Virus record (IMG/VR): IMGVR_UViG_3300045988_181567 | Location: 1 to 32,000 of that record | Length of the DNA stretch: 32,000 bases | Origin: a virus | Strand: one strand, 5' to 3' | Shown: piece by piece, positions 17,441 through 25,497 of the stretch | Layout: each line of letters begins with the position of its first letter | Position numbering within the stretch: the first letter of the stretch is position 1 | Notes under the pieces: generated by a model | Told to the model about the DNA's origin: nothing | The model's database searches: none | What the model saw: only the letters and a program-made list of their open reading frames with translations | Made by a program: the position numbers and the translations under genes

Positions 17441-17513
17441 GGGTGCGGAGACAGGACTTGAACCTGCAACCGCCAGCGTATGGGGCTGGTAAGCTACCTT
17501 TGCTATACTCCGC
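17441..17513 (-). tRNA. tRNA with CAT anticodon (Met or Ile2)
   Basis: Anticodon arm CCAGC-CCCATAC-GCTGG, T arm GCAGG-TTCAAGT-CCTGT; 3' end reads ACCC rather than CCA. Confidence 0.85.
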
Positions 17514-17514
17514 G

Positions 17515-17590
17515 TGGCGGGTCGTACTGGGTTCGAACCAGCGACGCTCGGATTAACAGTCCGATGCTCTGCCGACTGAGCTAACGACCC
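17515..17590 (-). tRNA. tRNA-Asn(GTT)
   Basis: GGGTCGT/ACGACCC acceptor, anticodon arm TCGGA-CTGTTAA-TCCGA, encoded CCA. Confidence 0.93.
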
Positions 17591-17635
17591 AAGAGAAAAG
17601 ACATTTGCCACGGGGAGCTCAATACCCGTGTTACC

Positions 17636-17671
17636 GCCGCTCGCCGCGAGGAGGCTGTCTTTATGAGCGGC
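17636..17671 (-). ncRNA. Small hairpin RNA motif copy U3
   Basis: Minus: GCCGCTC-N9-GCC-TCCTCGC-GGC-GAGCGGC. Confidence 0.65.
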
Positions 17672-17851
17672 AACTCTTATGGGATACCAGATACGATGCT
17701 TGCCGCCGCTCTACAACCAGCTGCAAGCAGATGTGTATGTAAGTGTGTGTAAAACTATGATGTTGTTTCGGAGCATATCTGGTATCTTCTAAGAGTTTTA
17801 TGTTATCTGCGAAGATGTTTGCCAAGCTAAGGGAGGTTAAGCCTGTTGCCC

Positions 17852-17886
17852 GATGCCGACCGCGTGGAGGTCATCTTCCCGGCATC
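17852..17886 (-). ncRNA. Small hairpin RNA motif copy U4
   Basis: Minus: GATGCCG-N8-ACC-TCCACGC-GGT-CGGCATC, immediately 3' of tRNA-Thr. Confidence 0.65.
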
Positions 17887-17959
17887 AGCTTCCGACAGGA
17901 TTCGAACCTGCAACCTGCTGCTTACAAAACAGCTGCTCTGCCATCTGAGCTACAGAAGC
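17887..17959 (-). tRNA. tRNA-Thr(TGT), CCA not encoded
   Basis: GCTTCTG/CGGAAGC acceptor, anticodon arm GCTGT-TTTGTAA-GCAGC, T arm GCAGG-TTCGAAT-CCTGT. Confidence 0.9.
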
Positions 17960-17997
17960 ATATTCGGGAGAAGTGGCTATCTCCCGAAAGTAGTTGC

Positions 17998-18026
17998 ATT
18001 ATACCATAAATGTGGTGTTTCGTCAA
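17998..18026 (-). promoter_or_regulatory. Near-consensus sigma70 promoter for the tRNA/ncRNA array
   Basis: Minus: TTGACG-N17-TATAAT with TGG-extended -10, ~40 nt upstream of tRNA-Thr. Confidence 0.85.
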
Positions 18027-18128
18027 CGCTATAAACACTATATATAGTATTAAGAACGGAAAACTCAGAAAACAACCGCAATATATAGGGTGTGCTTCAA
18101 CCTGCTGCTTTTCTGTTTCTGTACTTGC

Positions 18129-18167
18129 ATTATACCATATTTTGGCGCAAAAAGTGTATCAAATACA
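18129..18167 (-). promoter_or_regulatory. Second TATAAT promoter with palindrome TGTATTTGATACA
   Basis: Palindrome ends 20 nt upstream of TATAAT. Confidence 0.6.
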
Positions 18168-18860
18168 AGTATGATTTACAAAATGTTCAAACACTTTCCC
18201 GGGCTCGATGCGTTCCGGAAATCGCAGACTCCTGTTGCCGACGCGATGCATCCTGTGGTCGATGACATCAGAACGGCGCATCTGTTCCGCGTTCACGCAA
18301 AAGCCTGTACCGTAGTATTGCATGTAGTTACTTCGCTGCTCTTTGTTTTCCGCAGCCCTCCCGAAAGGTCTTCGTTCATCGTGGACGAACACCGTATCCG
18401 AGCACAGAGCGAAATTGAGATAGTGCATTGCCGCCATGCGCTCAAAGACATATATTTGCCTGGTCTCGGTGAAATAATAAAAGATATAGTCAGCTTCCTT
18501 ATACAGCCATCCCTTCGAGTGCTTGGCTATCGCTTTTTGGTATTTTCCAAATCGCAGCAGCTTGTCATCTTCTCCGATAGCGAAACTATTCACCGCTGTT
18601 TCGAGGAAGACATTCCCGGTTTTGTAGGTGTCAGCCTTTGCTTCAACCGTGAATGAAGAACCGTCTTTTCTGTATACAATGAAGTCGATGTCGTCTTCCT
18701 GATATTTCTTGTCATCCCGTACATCCGAAAATCCTGCAATCCTGTCCTTGTGCTTTTCACAATAGTAGTCAAGATAGTGCATGGTGACAGATTCACCAAT
18801 CAGACCTACCTTCATCTGACCCGCAATGTTATAGGGAGTCTTGTTTTTCTGTCTGTACAA
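18159..18860 (-). CDS. PD-(D/E)XK nuclease-like protein
   Basis: GLIGESVTMHYLDYY...EDDIDFIVYRKDGSSFTVEAKAD matches a D-x(n)-ExK nuclease core. Confidence 0.65.
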   Translation of the reverse strand: MYRQKNKTPYNIAGQMKVGLIGESVTMHYLDYYCEKHKDRIAGFSDVRDDKKYQEDDIDFIVYRKDGSSFTVEAKADTYKTGNVFLETAVNSFAIGEDDKLLRFGKYQKAIAKHSKGWLYKEADYIFYYFTETRQIYVFERMAAMHYLNFALCSDTVFVHDERRPFGRAAENKEQRSNYMQYYGTGFCVNAEQMRRSDVIDHRMHRVGNRSLRFPERIEPGKVFEHFVNHTCI

Positions 18861-18865
18861 GGGTA

Positions 18866-19603
18866 TTACCTCACGATGTTACCGCAAAACGGGCACTTTG
18901 CGCCTTTCCGGCAAACGTCAGCAATCGAAGGCGTCCAGTCTTTGTCTTTGCCGTACCCGCATGCGGTGCATACGAGCGGGATATTTTTGCAGCTGCCGGT
19001 CGTATACATGTCGGGGCCGAATTCGTTTTCAGGATGCCACAAAGCGGCGATTTGAGGGCATGCAACTGATACTACAGGTTTCCTTGCTGTTTTGGCGTAG
19101 TGGGCTCTCATGGCCTTTCTCAGTGAGTTTCTGGCGCATTCGGGACATCCGGTATGTACTCCCCCGGACCCGCAGGCAAAAGCAATCATCGGATGCCATT
19201 CTCCGTTTGCGCCGTACCCGCAATCCTTGCAGACAAGGTATACATGCTTTGCGCTTCCGGAAGTCACTCGCGTGGGCGGGAACTCATTAAGTGTCGGATG
19301 CCACTGTGCAGCGATTTCGGGATGTACGGTAGCTACATCATTGACACCTTCGACAAGGACTTTTCCGGAACACGCCGGGCATCCGCCGCCTGTTCGACAG
19401 GCACCGGCGATAGAGGGACGCCATTCTCCGTTCTTTCCGTATCCGCATTTCGGGCAGATAAGAGCGATTTTACGATTGCTGCCGCAGGTGACTTCCTGCG
19501 GCGATACAGAATTGGCTGTCGGATGCCACATAGCAGCAACGCGGGGACATTCCTCTGCTACCGTGCCACGATGCCTGCGATACCGCCACTCGAAATCTCT
19601 CAC
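18866..19603 (-). CDS. DUF4379-like treble-clef zinc-ribbon protein, three repeats
   Basis: Three units of P.(I/V)AA.WHP..N...P..(V)T.GS.K...L.C..CGYG....W.P.IA.....G..CP.C. Confidence 0.8.
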   Translation of the reverse strand: MRDFEWRYRRHRGTVAEECPRVAAMWHPTANSVSPQEVTCGSNRKIALICPKCGYGKNGEWRPSIAGACRTGGGCPACSGKVLVEGVNDVATVHPEIAAQWHPTLNEFPPTRVTSGSAKHVYLVCKDCGYGANGEWHPMIAFACGSGGVHTGCPECARNSLRKAMRAHYAKTARKPVVSVACPQIAALWHPENEFGPDMYTTGSCKNIPLVCTACGYGKDKDWTPSIADVCRKGAKCPFCGNIVR

Positions 19604-20832
19604 GGTACAACCACCCCTGCCCGTTTATGGATGTTTTCGGACTTTGCGATATTTACAGCTGTGCTGTAGGAGATACCATATATATCCGCAAGGTCACGCA
19701 GATTTTTGCCGGTATTCATCCGTGCAAATTCCGCAAATTCCCGGTTTCGGGCTTTTACATTATCCGTGATAGGAGAACGACTTTGCGTGGCTTTACGAGT
19801 TTCGGCTTCTGTCAGCGATTCAGAAAGCTTTCCGTAGTCATGCAGAATCTTATAGGTCTGACCCACGGCAATCTTATGGTCTTTAGCAATGTCGGAGACG
19901 CTTTTCCCGTTCTGGTATTCTACTGCAATCCCTTCGCAGACTTCTTCCGGCAGCTTCTTCTTCATTTTAGCGTTGCCGCGCAGGTTCTTGCGGTAGAGGG
20001 GGTGATGTGCCCGGTGTTTCTGTATAAGCCCCGCAATGAATCGCGGCGTGACATTGTACCGTACTGCGATATTCTCTACCTTGACACCCGCTTTGTAGTC
20101 TCTCAGGATATCGTTGTTCCGCACTTCGATTTCCTCCGGGGTCTTGGTGTCTTCCAAGGCTTCACGCCGCAGCCCCAATACTTTCGGGCTGTGCTTGAAT
20201 TCCGGGATGTTCATGGGCGGTTCAGGACCGAAACGGACAAGACCACCAGAAATCGGATGCCCTGCTTCTCGAAATACCTGATAGGTGGTGGATTCCGATA
20301 ACCCATACTTATCCATGATTTCTCCGACAGTCATGTACGGATTTGCCCTGACATCCGCAACGATTTCAGCATTGCGTTTGCGTTTCTTGAACTGTGCAGC
20401 TGACCCGATATTCTCTTTGTGCGGGGTATAATCAGGGCTTCTGTGCAGGATATGATAGACCTGTTGTCCAGAGAGATTGTATTTCTCAGCGATTTCAAAG
20501 GTCCAGGCCCCGTTTTTGTAGTCTTGCGCAATCTCAATATTCCGCTGCTCCATTTCGGCTTTCGACAATCGTTTCTGATTGTTGGGTTTCCGATTCGGGC
20601 TTTTGCGGTCATTGCGGCGCACAGCATCAAAACCCTCTAACACTTCAAGGGATTTCTTAACATTCGTGCAGCCGATACCGTATTTCTCAGCCAATTCCGC
20701 GATGTGCATACCGGCGATATAATCGTTCAGCATTGCCTTATCGCGGTTCAGTTTTGCTTCTCCGGTTAAACTTTTCCGATGCATGGTGTATCCTCCTGAT
20801 TTGCTACCCAGTCGATGATATGGTCGATGCAA
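19600..20832 (-). CDS. multi-HTH array protein (about six HTH units, 410 aa)
   Basis: Repeated I(V/A)xxYxxGxxxxxIAxxYxLSxxxVYxIL modules. Confidence 0.75.
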   Translation of the reverse strand: MHRPYHRLGSKSGGYTMHRKSLTGEAKLNRDKAMLNDYIAGMHIAELAEKYGIGCTNVKKSLEVLEGFDAVRRNDRKSPNRKPNNQKRLSKAEMEQRNIEIAQDYKNGAWTFEIAEKYNLSGQQVYHILHRSPDYTPHKENIGSAAQFKKRKRNAEIVADVRANPYMTVGEIMDKYGLSESTTYQVFREAGHPISGGLVRFGPEPPMNIPEFKHSPKVLGLRREALEDTKTPEEIEVRNNDILRDYKAGVKVENIAVRYNVTPRFIAGLIQKHRAHHPLYRKNLRGNAKMKKKLPEEVCEGIAVEYQNGKSVSDIAKDHKIAVGQTYKILHDYGKLSESLTEAETRKATQSRSPITDNVKARNREFAEFARMNTGKNLRDLADIYGISYSTAVNIAKSENIHKRAGVVVP

Positions 20833-21680
20833 AGATTCGTGATTTTGCTTGCGGTATAATACTGTGAAGTGTCATCGAGCTGCGATTCAATTTCCGCATC
20901 GGATGCCGAATACCCTACTGATGCAAAGAACATCCTTGCGAGGGTACGCGCATCGTCCCGGCACAGAGGTCTTACCGTATGCCCAAAGGTGAAGCGCCGG
21001 AGCAGAGCATCGTCCAGCGTATCGGGACGGTTCGTGGTCCCGACAAGGATGATGTCGTTGCCGAGTCGGTCAAGCTCCTGCATCAGGGCAATCGTCACAC
21101 GGTTCATTTCCGCAACATCATCCTTGCCGCCGCGCCGTGTCCCGATAGCGTCAATCTCATCGAGGCAGAGCACGCACGGACTTTTTCTCGCATAGTCGAA
21201 TATCATACCGATATTCTTCTGCGTTTTGCCCAGAGCGGAATTCACCAGACCGGAGAAATTCGTGTATACGAAAGGAAGGTTCGTCGTATATGCGATATAC
21301 CGCGCCAACTCAGTCTTTCCGGTTCCCGGCTCGCCCATGAGTAAAAGAGAACTCGTATAGTGAATCCCCATTTCCTGTAACCGCAGCGCAGCACGGCGCG
21401 TCTTGCACATTTTATCAATGACCGCCTTCTCGCTGTCTCGGATGAGGAACCGGTCTTCTCGGAAAGCGCTCGAATCCTCCGCGACCAAAAGCCCCTGCAG
21501 GTTATACGGCAGTTCGATGAGTGTAGGACTTTTACTTGCAAGTGTTCGCAGACAGGTTTCCTTGAACGCTTTGTCCTTGACAGTAGTAAGCCCCTCCAAC
21601 ACGATTTTCGCCTGCTGCTGAGATTTCCGAATATCCCCTTCCACTACATACCGAAGCAATGCCCGTTCATTCTCGTTCAC
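20766..21680 (-). CDS. AAA+ ATPase (FtsH/spastin-like module)
   Basis: Walker A LLLMGEPGTGKTEL, Walker B VLCLDEIDAIG, second region NDIILVGTTNRPDTLDDALLRRF. Confidence 0.93.
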   Translation of the reverse strand: MNENERALLRYVVEGDIRKSQQQAKIVLEGLTTVKDKAFKETCLRTLASKSPTLIELPYNLQGLLVAEDSSAFREDRFLIRDSEKAVIDKMCKTRRAALRLQEMGIHYTSSLLLMGEPGTGKTELARYIAYTTNLPFVYTNFSGLVNSALGKTQKNIGMIFDYARKSPCVLCLDEIDAIGTRRGGKDDVAEMNRVTIALMQELDRLGNDIILVGTTNRPDTLDDALLRRFTFGHTVRPLCRDDARTLARMFFASVGYSASDAEIESQLDDTSQYYTASKITNLCIDHIIDWVANQEDTPCIGKV

Positions 21681-21734
21681 TTAATTTCCCTCCCTCATAA
21701 GAAGAAAAGCCCTCTGCAACATTCTGCAGAGGAC

Positions 21735-22220
21735 TCAATCTCTTTTACATTTCTGCTTACGGACGCGCCGAATAATACTGTAAATACCCGGCAAGGAATA
21801 ATGGTATGCCTTAGCGAGGTCTTTGGCGTCGATGCCGTTTTGGTATTTCTCGAAGATTTCATCGTTGCGTTTTTGTTGACGGCGGGTGATGCGACGGTGA
21901 CTGAGTTCTTTGTTGCTGATTCCGGCCTGAACAGCAATGGCACTGCAATACCCAATGGAAACACCGTACTTTTCGGCAATGTCGCGGACACGCGTATTTT
22001 TCTGATACTCCGCCACGATTTTATCGACCAGATTGGCATGGTCCTGTTCTTCCGCAATGCGCTGCGCCTGTTGTTCTTCATCGAGAGCGCGATAGCAGGT
22101 CCTGACGCAAAGCCCGTATTTCTCGGACAGCTGCTCAAACGATAGCCCGTCCTCATAGTCTTTGACAATCTTCCTGTTTCGCTCGATGATTTCGCTGCGG
22201 GTTGCTTTCCTTTTCCTCAT
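21735..22220 (-). CDS. multi-HTH protein (161 aa)
   Basis: IVKDYEDGLSFEQLSEKYGLCVRTCYRALDE; IVAEYQKNTRVRDIAEKYGVSIGYCSAIA; IFEKYQNGIDAKDLAKAYHYSLPGIYSIIR. Confidence 0.8.
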   Translation of the reverse strand: MRKRKATRSEIIERNRKIVKDYEDGLSFEQLSEKYGLCVRTCYRALDEEQQAQRIAEEQDHANLVDKIVAEYQKNTRVRDIAEKYGVSIGYCSAIAVQAGISNKELSHRRITRRQQKRNDEIFEKYQNGIDAKDLAKAYHYSLPGIYSIIRRVRKQKCKRD

Positions 22221-22226
22221 ACTGGT

Positions 22227-22772
22227 TCACCTCTTAGGCTTTGCTGCCTTCTTTTTGCGTCCCTTGCCGCGATAGATACCGGCCTCATGAAGATACTTGA
22301 ATCCGGAAGAGGGACTGATACCGTATTCCCGAGCAAGGTTCTCGACCGGCGTGTTTGGGTTTTTCTTCGCGTAGTCCACAAACCCCTGCTTGAAATCTTT
22401 AATGCGGCGCAAAGTAGAGGTCTCGATTTTCGTGTCGAGGTGCCGGTGGTAGGAGTCCCCGCCTTCTTTCAAAATACGAAAAATCGTGGCGCGGTTAAGG
22501 TTAAAAGCTTTTGCCAGTTCTTCGGCTGAAATGCCTTCCTGATACTGGTTGCGAATCTTGTCGTTGCGGTTATCCTTCCACTCTGTGAAAGTCACTTTCC
22601 GCCGCTTCTCCATCTCCGCCTGTGCGATATGGTAGACGGTTTGCGGGCTGAGCCCGTGCTCCTGCGCGAGGTCCGTGACCTTTGCGCCATTTTGCAGTGC
22701 ATCGGTAATTTTTCGATTGCGTTCCAGCAACTTCTTATGCGTCATAGAAACCTCCCAAAATAAAAGAAGCAA
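22227..22772 (-). CDS. multi-HTH protein (181 aa; likely start MTHKKLLERN)
   Basis: ITDALQNGAKVTDLAQEHGLSPQTVYHIAQ; IRNQYQEGISAEELAKAFNLNRATIFRIL; PVENLAREYGISPSSGFKYL. Confidence 0.8.
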   Translation of the reverse strand: MLLLFWEVSMTHKKLLERNRKITDALQNGAKVTDLAQEHGLSPQTVYHIAQAEMEKRRKVTFTEWKDNRNDKIRNQYQEGISAEELAKAFNLNRATIFRILKEGGDSYHRHLDTKIETSTLRRIKDFKQGFVDYAKKNPNTPVENLAREYGISPSSGFKYLHEAGIYRGKGRKKKAAKPKR

Positions 22773-22865
22773 GCTCCCGAAAGAACTTTCTTCTTGTATT
22801 CAGTATTCACTTTTTTCGCGTAACGCGGGCAAAAAACTCACCAACTGATTCACCTTACAGTCTTC

Positions 22866-22893
22866 ATTTTACCCAATTCGCACGAATGTGCAA
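22866..22893 (-). promoter_or_regulatory. KTGCGAW-class promoter F
   Basis: Minus: TTGCAC-ATTC-GTGCGAA-TTGGG-TAAAAT; leader with a terminator-like hairpin before the 22227..22772 gene. Confidence 0.7.
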
Positions 22894-22908
22894 CAACTTT
22901 TTGCGAAT

Positions 22909-23376
22909 TTAGGTCCACTGCATGTGCGGGATGTCCGAAAGCATCATAAGGCATGTCTCAAACTCGTCTTCGATGTATCTGGTGATGGCATCAAATCTCT
23001 GCATCAGTGGCAGTTCCGCGAAAGATGTGCCGGTTTCCTTGCGGCATTTCCCCTCTGCGCTTGTATATATCACATTCAGCATGACATTCAAGGCGAGAAG
23101 AATATCTTCATCCTTGCCCTGAACCGTGAAGAAGAAGTAATGCTCCGACTCACCGTCCGTAACGCCGATTCGGTTATCGTATTTTCCGTAACTCGCCAAA
23201 TCACCAAACACACTGATTGCAATATATCGCAACTTATCCTCAATAGGAACAGTCCCCCATAAAGGATAATGTTCATCCGGCTGAAAATCTGCCTTACCGC
23301 CGTTGTACTCCCATTCAACGAAATCACGGACGGAGAGTTTCTGACCGCCCGGAATGATTATTTCAAGCTGTTCCAA
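22909..23376 (-). CDS. hypothetical protein (155 aa, TTG start)
   Basis: ORF with AGAGGTGAG RBS. Confidence 0.75.
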   Translation of the reverse strand: MEQLEIIIPGGQKLSVRDFVEWEYNGGKADFQPDEHYPLWGTVPIEDKLRYIAISVFGDLASYGKYDNRIGVTDGESEHYFFFTVQGKDEDILLALNVMLNVIYTSAEGKCRKETGTSFAELPLMQRFDAITRYIEDEFETCLMMLSDIPHMQWT

Positions 23377-23413
23377 AATGTTCTCACCTCTTTGCGTTCT
23401 CTCGTTGTTTTCT

Positions 23414-23441
23414 ATTGTATCCGGTTCGCACGATTATGCAA
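23414..23441 (-). promoter_or_regulatory. KTGCGAW-class promoter G
   Basis: Minus: TTGCAT-AATC-GTGCGAA-CCGGA-TACAAT. Confidence 0.7.
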
Positions 23442-23484
23442 CATTGAGAGAGAAATTACCGGACACAGGAATCTGACGATAAAC

Positions 23485-23514
23485 AAAAAAGCCGCCTCCA
23501 AGACGGAGACGGCT
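23485..23514 (-). terminator. Rho-independent terminator
   Basis: Minus: AGCCGTCTCC-GTCTT-GGAGGCGGCT-TTTTT, downstream of the 117-aa gene. Confidence 0.88.
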
Positions 23515-23522
23515 CGATGGTA

Positions 23523-23876
23523 TTACATTCCGATTCTCTCAAGATACGGGATAGCGGCACGCATTCTTTCGCACTCCCAACTCTTGCGGGGGTTGCGTTC
23601 GTGCTTCTTGATGAACTTCTTCATCTCGGCGGAGGTTTCGGCACCCAGTCCGGTGGCGGCTAAGATTTCCCTTGCACCGTCACATTTCATGGCTTTCAGG
23701 GTATCCGACTCAATTTCGCGTCCGCCCTCAAACGGCTGCATAAATTTGAGTCTGCAGAACGGGAGGTAGCCTTCCGGTGCATTATCGCCGATATTCCAAA
23801 TGATATAGCCGAGAGGCGGTTCCGTTACGACCTCGTAGGTGTCGCATACGCCAAGCGCAGTATGATAGATTTTCAT
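23523..23876 (-). CDS. hypothetical protein (117 aa)
   Basis: ORF followed by terminator. Confidence 0.75.
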   Translation of the reverse strand: MKIYHTALGVCDTYEVVTEPPLGYIIWNIGDNAPEGYLPFCRLKFMQPFEGGREIESDTLKAMKCDGAREILAATGLGAETSAEMKKFIKKHERNPRKSWECERMRAAIPYLERIGM

Positions 23877-23924
23877 TATGGTACTCCTTATTTTTCGTGG
23901 CGGTCTTTAGACCGATTGTGATGA

Positions 23925-24440
23925 TTACAGGTTCAGCGAGATGTTGCGGGCACTGGGCTCGTATTTCTTAGTTTCTACCCCGGTAATCTTGAACATGTGT
24001 CGTGCAGCGACATTGTTGTTCGCATCCCGGTACTTGTCGTCGAGATACACGATACGCTTTATTCCGCTCTGAATGATTGCTTTCGCACACTCGTTGCACG
24101 GGAAAAGCGTGACATACATCGTTGACCCGTGCAGGTCTTTCCCGGCGTTGAGGATAGCGTTCAACTCCGAGTGGCAGACATACATGTACTTGGTTTCGAG
24201 TTCGTTTCCTTCCCTGCCCCAAGGCATGATATCGTCATCGCAGCCAATCGGCATACCGTTGTACCCCAGAGACAGGATTTTATTGTCGCGCACGATACAT
24301 GCGCCCACCTGACTGTTCGGGTCTTTGCTGCGCATCGCGGACAGCATCGCAATGCCCATGAAATACTCGTCCCACGAGATATAGTCGCGGCGTTTGGCGG
24401 TATTGTTCTGAGATGCTTCGTTTTTCGGTGAAATGCTCAT
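23925..24440 (-). CDS. dCMP/cytidine deaminase family protein
   Basis: Zn-binding motifs CHSELNAILNA and TLFPCNECAKAIIQSGIKRIVY. Confidence 0.93.
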   Translation of the reverse strand: MSISPKNEASQNNTAKRRDYISWDEYFMGIAMLSAMRSKDPNSQVGACIVRDNKILSLGYNGMPIGCDDDIMPWGREGNELETKYMYVCHSELNAILNAGKDLHGSTMYVTLFPCNECAKAIIQSGIKRIVYLDDKYRDANNNVAARHMFKITGVETKKYEPSARNISLNL

Positions 24441-24537
24441 ATGGTTCTCTTTCTTGTCTGATTTAGACAGTGGGTTCGTTTGTGTATTTTTGCGAAAAAA
24501 GGCGGTGGAGTGTCTTGCCCCACCGCATTGGTATTGG

Positions 24538-25284
24538 TCAGATGTACTTTTCCCAGAATTTCTCGAAGGTTTCGTCCGGCATCACCATTTCCGTCTCATC
24601 GAGGACACGGCTGAACTCGCTGCTGCTGATGTCGGTGCCGATGAAATCCGTGACGGCATCGCGGCCACGCTGCATCAGGGCATCTTTCAGGATATACCAG
24701 CGGTATTTGTGGATGAGGTCCGTCAGAGATTCGCCGTCGTTCTCCCAGTAATCGTTCTTTGCCTGAACATGATACAGAGCATCGAGAACGCCGTCGTAGT
24801 CATCGCTGTCATACTCGCTCACAATGTCGTTGAGATTGAGCAGACTGCGGTCAACGCCATCGACATTCACGGTTGCGTTTCTGAACGAGTCATCGTAGCA
24901 GGGCTGTGCAGGAACTTCCACAGCAAACACCTCGTGCGTTTTCTTGTTCACCTTGCACGGCAGATGGAACGATGCGCCGGAATCAAAGTTCGAGGTGATG
25001 ACGCCGGATACAATATCGGGCATCGGGTTCTCGCGAGCCTCCTCAAACTCCGGCAGATGGAACACATCCACGACATTCTCGATGTCGTAGTCAAGGGCAC
25101 GGACCTTCGTGACGATATAGCCGCCCCGCTGCAATTCGAGAATTGCACGGCAGAGGTCAAGCTTAATCTCGTGCTCATTCAGAAGACCGCCGTGGCTGTC
25201 TTTCACGAGGGTGATTTCGATTGTTTTGTTCTTGGCGGTCGTTTCGGCCAGAAAATAGGTCTTGTCATTGCAAATTTCAAACAT
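24538..25284 (-). CDS. hypothetical protein (248 aa)
   Basis: ORF downstream of leader element C with AAGGAGCG RBS. Confidence 0.75.
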   Translation of the reverse strand: MFEICNDKTYFLAETTAKNKTIEITLVKDSHGGLLNEHEIKLDLCRAILELQRGGYIVTKVRALDYDIENVVDVFHLPEFEEARENPMPDIVSGVITSNFDSGASFHLPCKVNKKTHEVFAVEVPAQPCYDDSFRNATVNVDGVDRSLLNLNDIVSEYDSDDYDGVLDALYHVQAKNDYWENDGESLTDLIHKYRWYILKDALMQRGRDAVTDFIGTDISSSEFSRVLDETEMVMPDETFEKFWEKYI

Positions 25285-25313
25285 GTCATTACGCTCCTTT
25301 TTGTGTTGGACGC

Positions 25314-25452
25314 AAAAAGAGCGGGCCTCTCAGAATCGAGAAGTCCGCCCTTCAAGCGAAATTGTGAATGTACGAAAGGCATAAAACCCTTTCGATATGG
25401 AATGTTATCTATCGTACAATACCTATTCTATGCCATTCGCACGTTTTGGCAA
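25314..25452 (-). promoter_or_regulatory. Leader element C
   Basis: Minus: TTGCCA-N16(GTGCGAA)-TAGAAT, AGGTATTGTACGATAGATAACAT, CGAAAGG-GTTTTATG-CCTTTCG hairpin, ATTCACAATTTCG, GGGCGGACTTCTC-GATTCT-GAGAGGCCCGCTCTTTTT. Confidence 0.8.
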
Positions 25453-25453
25453 G

Positions 25454-25486
25454 AAAAAAGTCGCTGCCCCCAGCATAGGCAGCGAC
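25454..25486 (-). terminator. Rho-independent terminator upstream of element C
   Basis: Minus: GTCGCTGCC...GGCAGCGAC-TTTTTT. Confidence 0.85.
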
Positions 25487-25497
25487 AAAATTATATG

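Noticed and set aside
15504-18090. Plus-strand ORFs over the tRNA array (e.g. 15513..15854, 16823..17170)
   Set aside because: They run antisense through tRNAs and strongly structured non-coding DNA, with no recognisable product.
19110-19769. 219-aa plus-strand ORF opposite the zinc-ribbon gene
   Set aside because: Mirror of a conserved DUF4379-like coding frame; repeated peptides reflect the repeat structure on the other strand.
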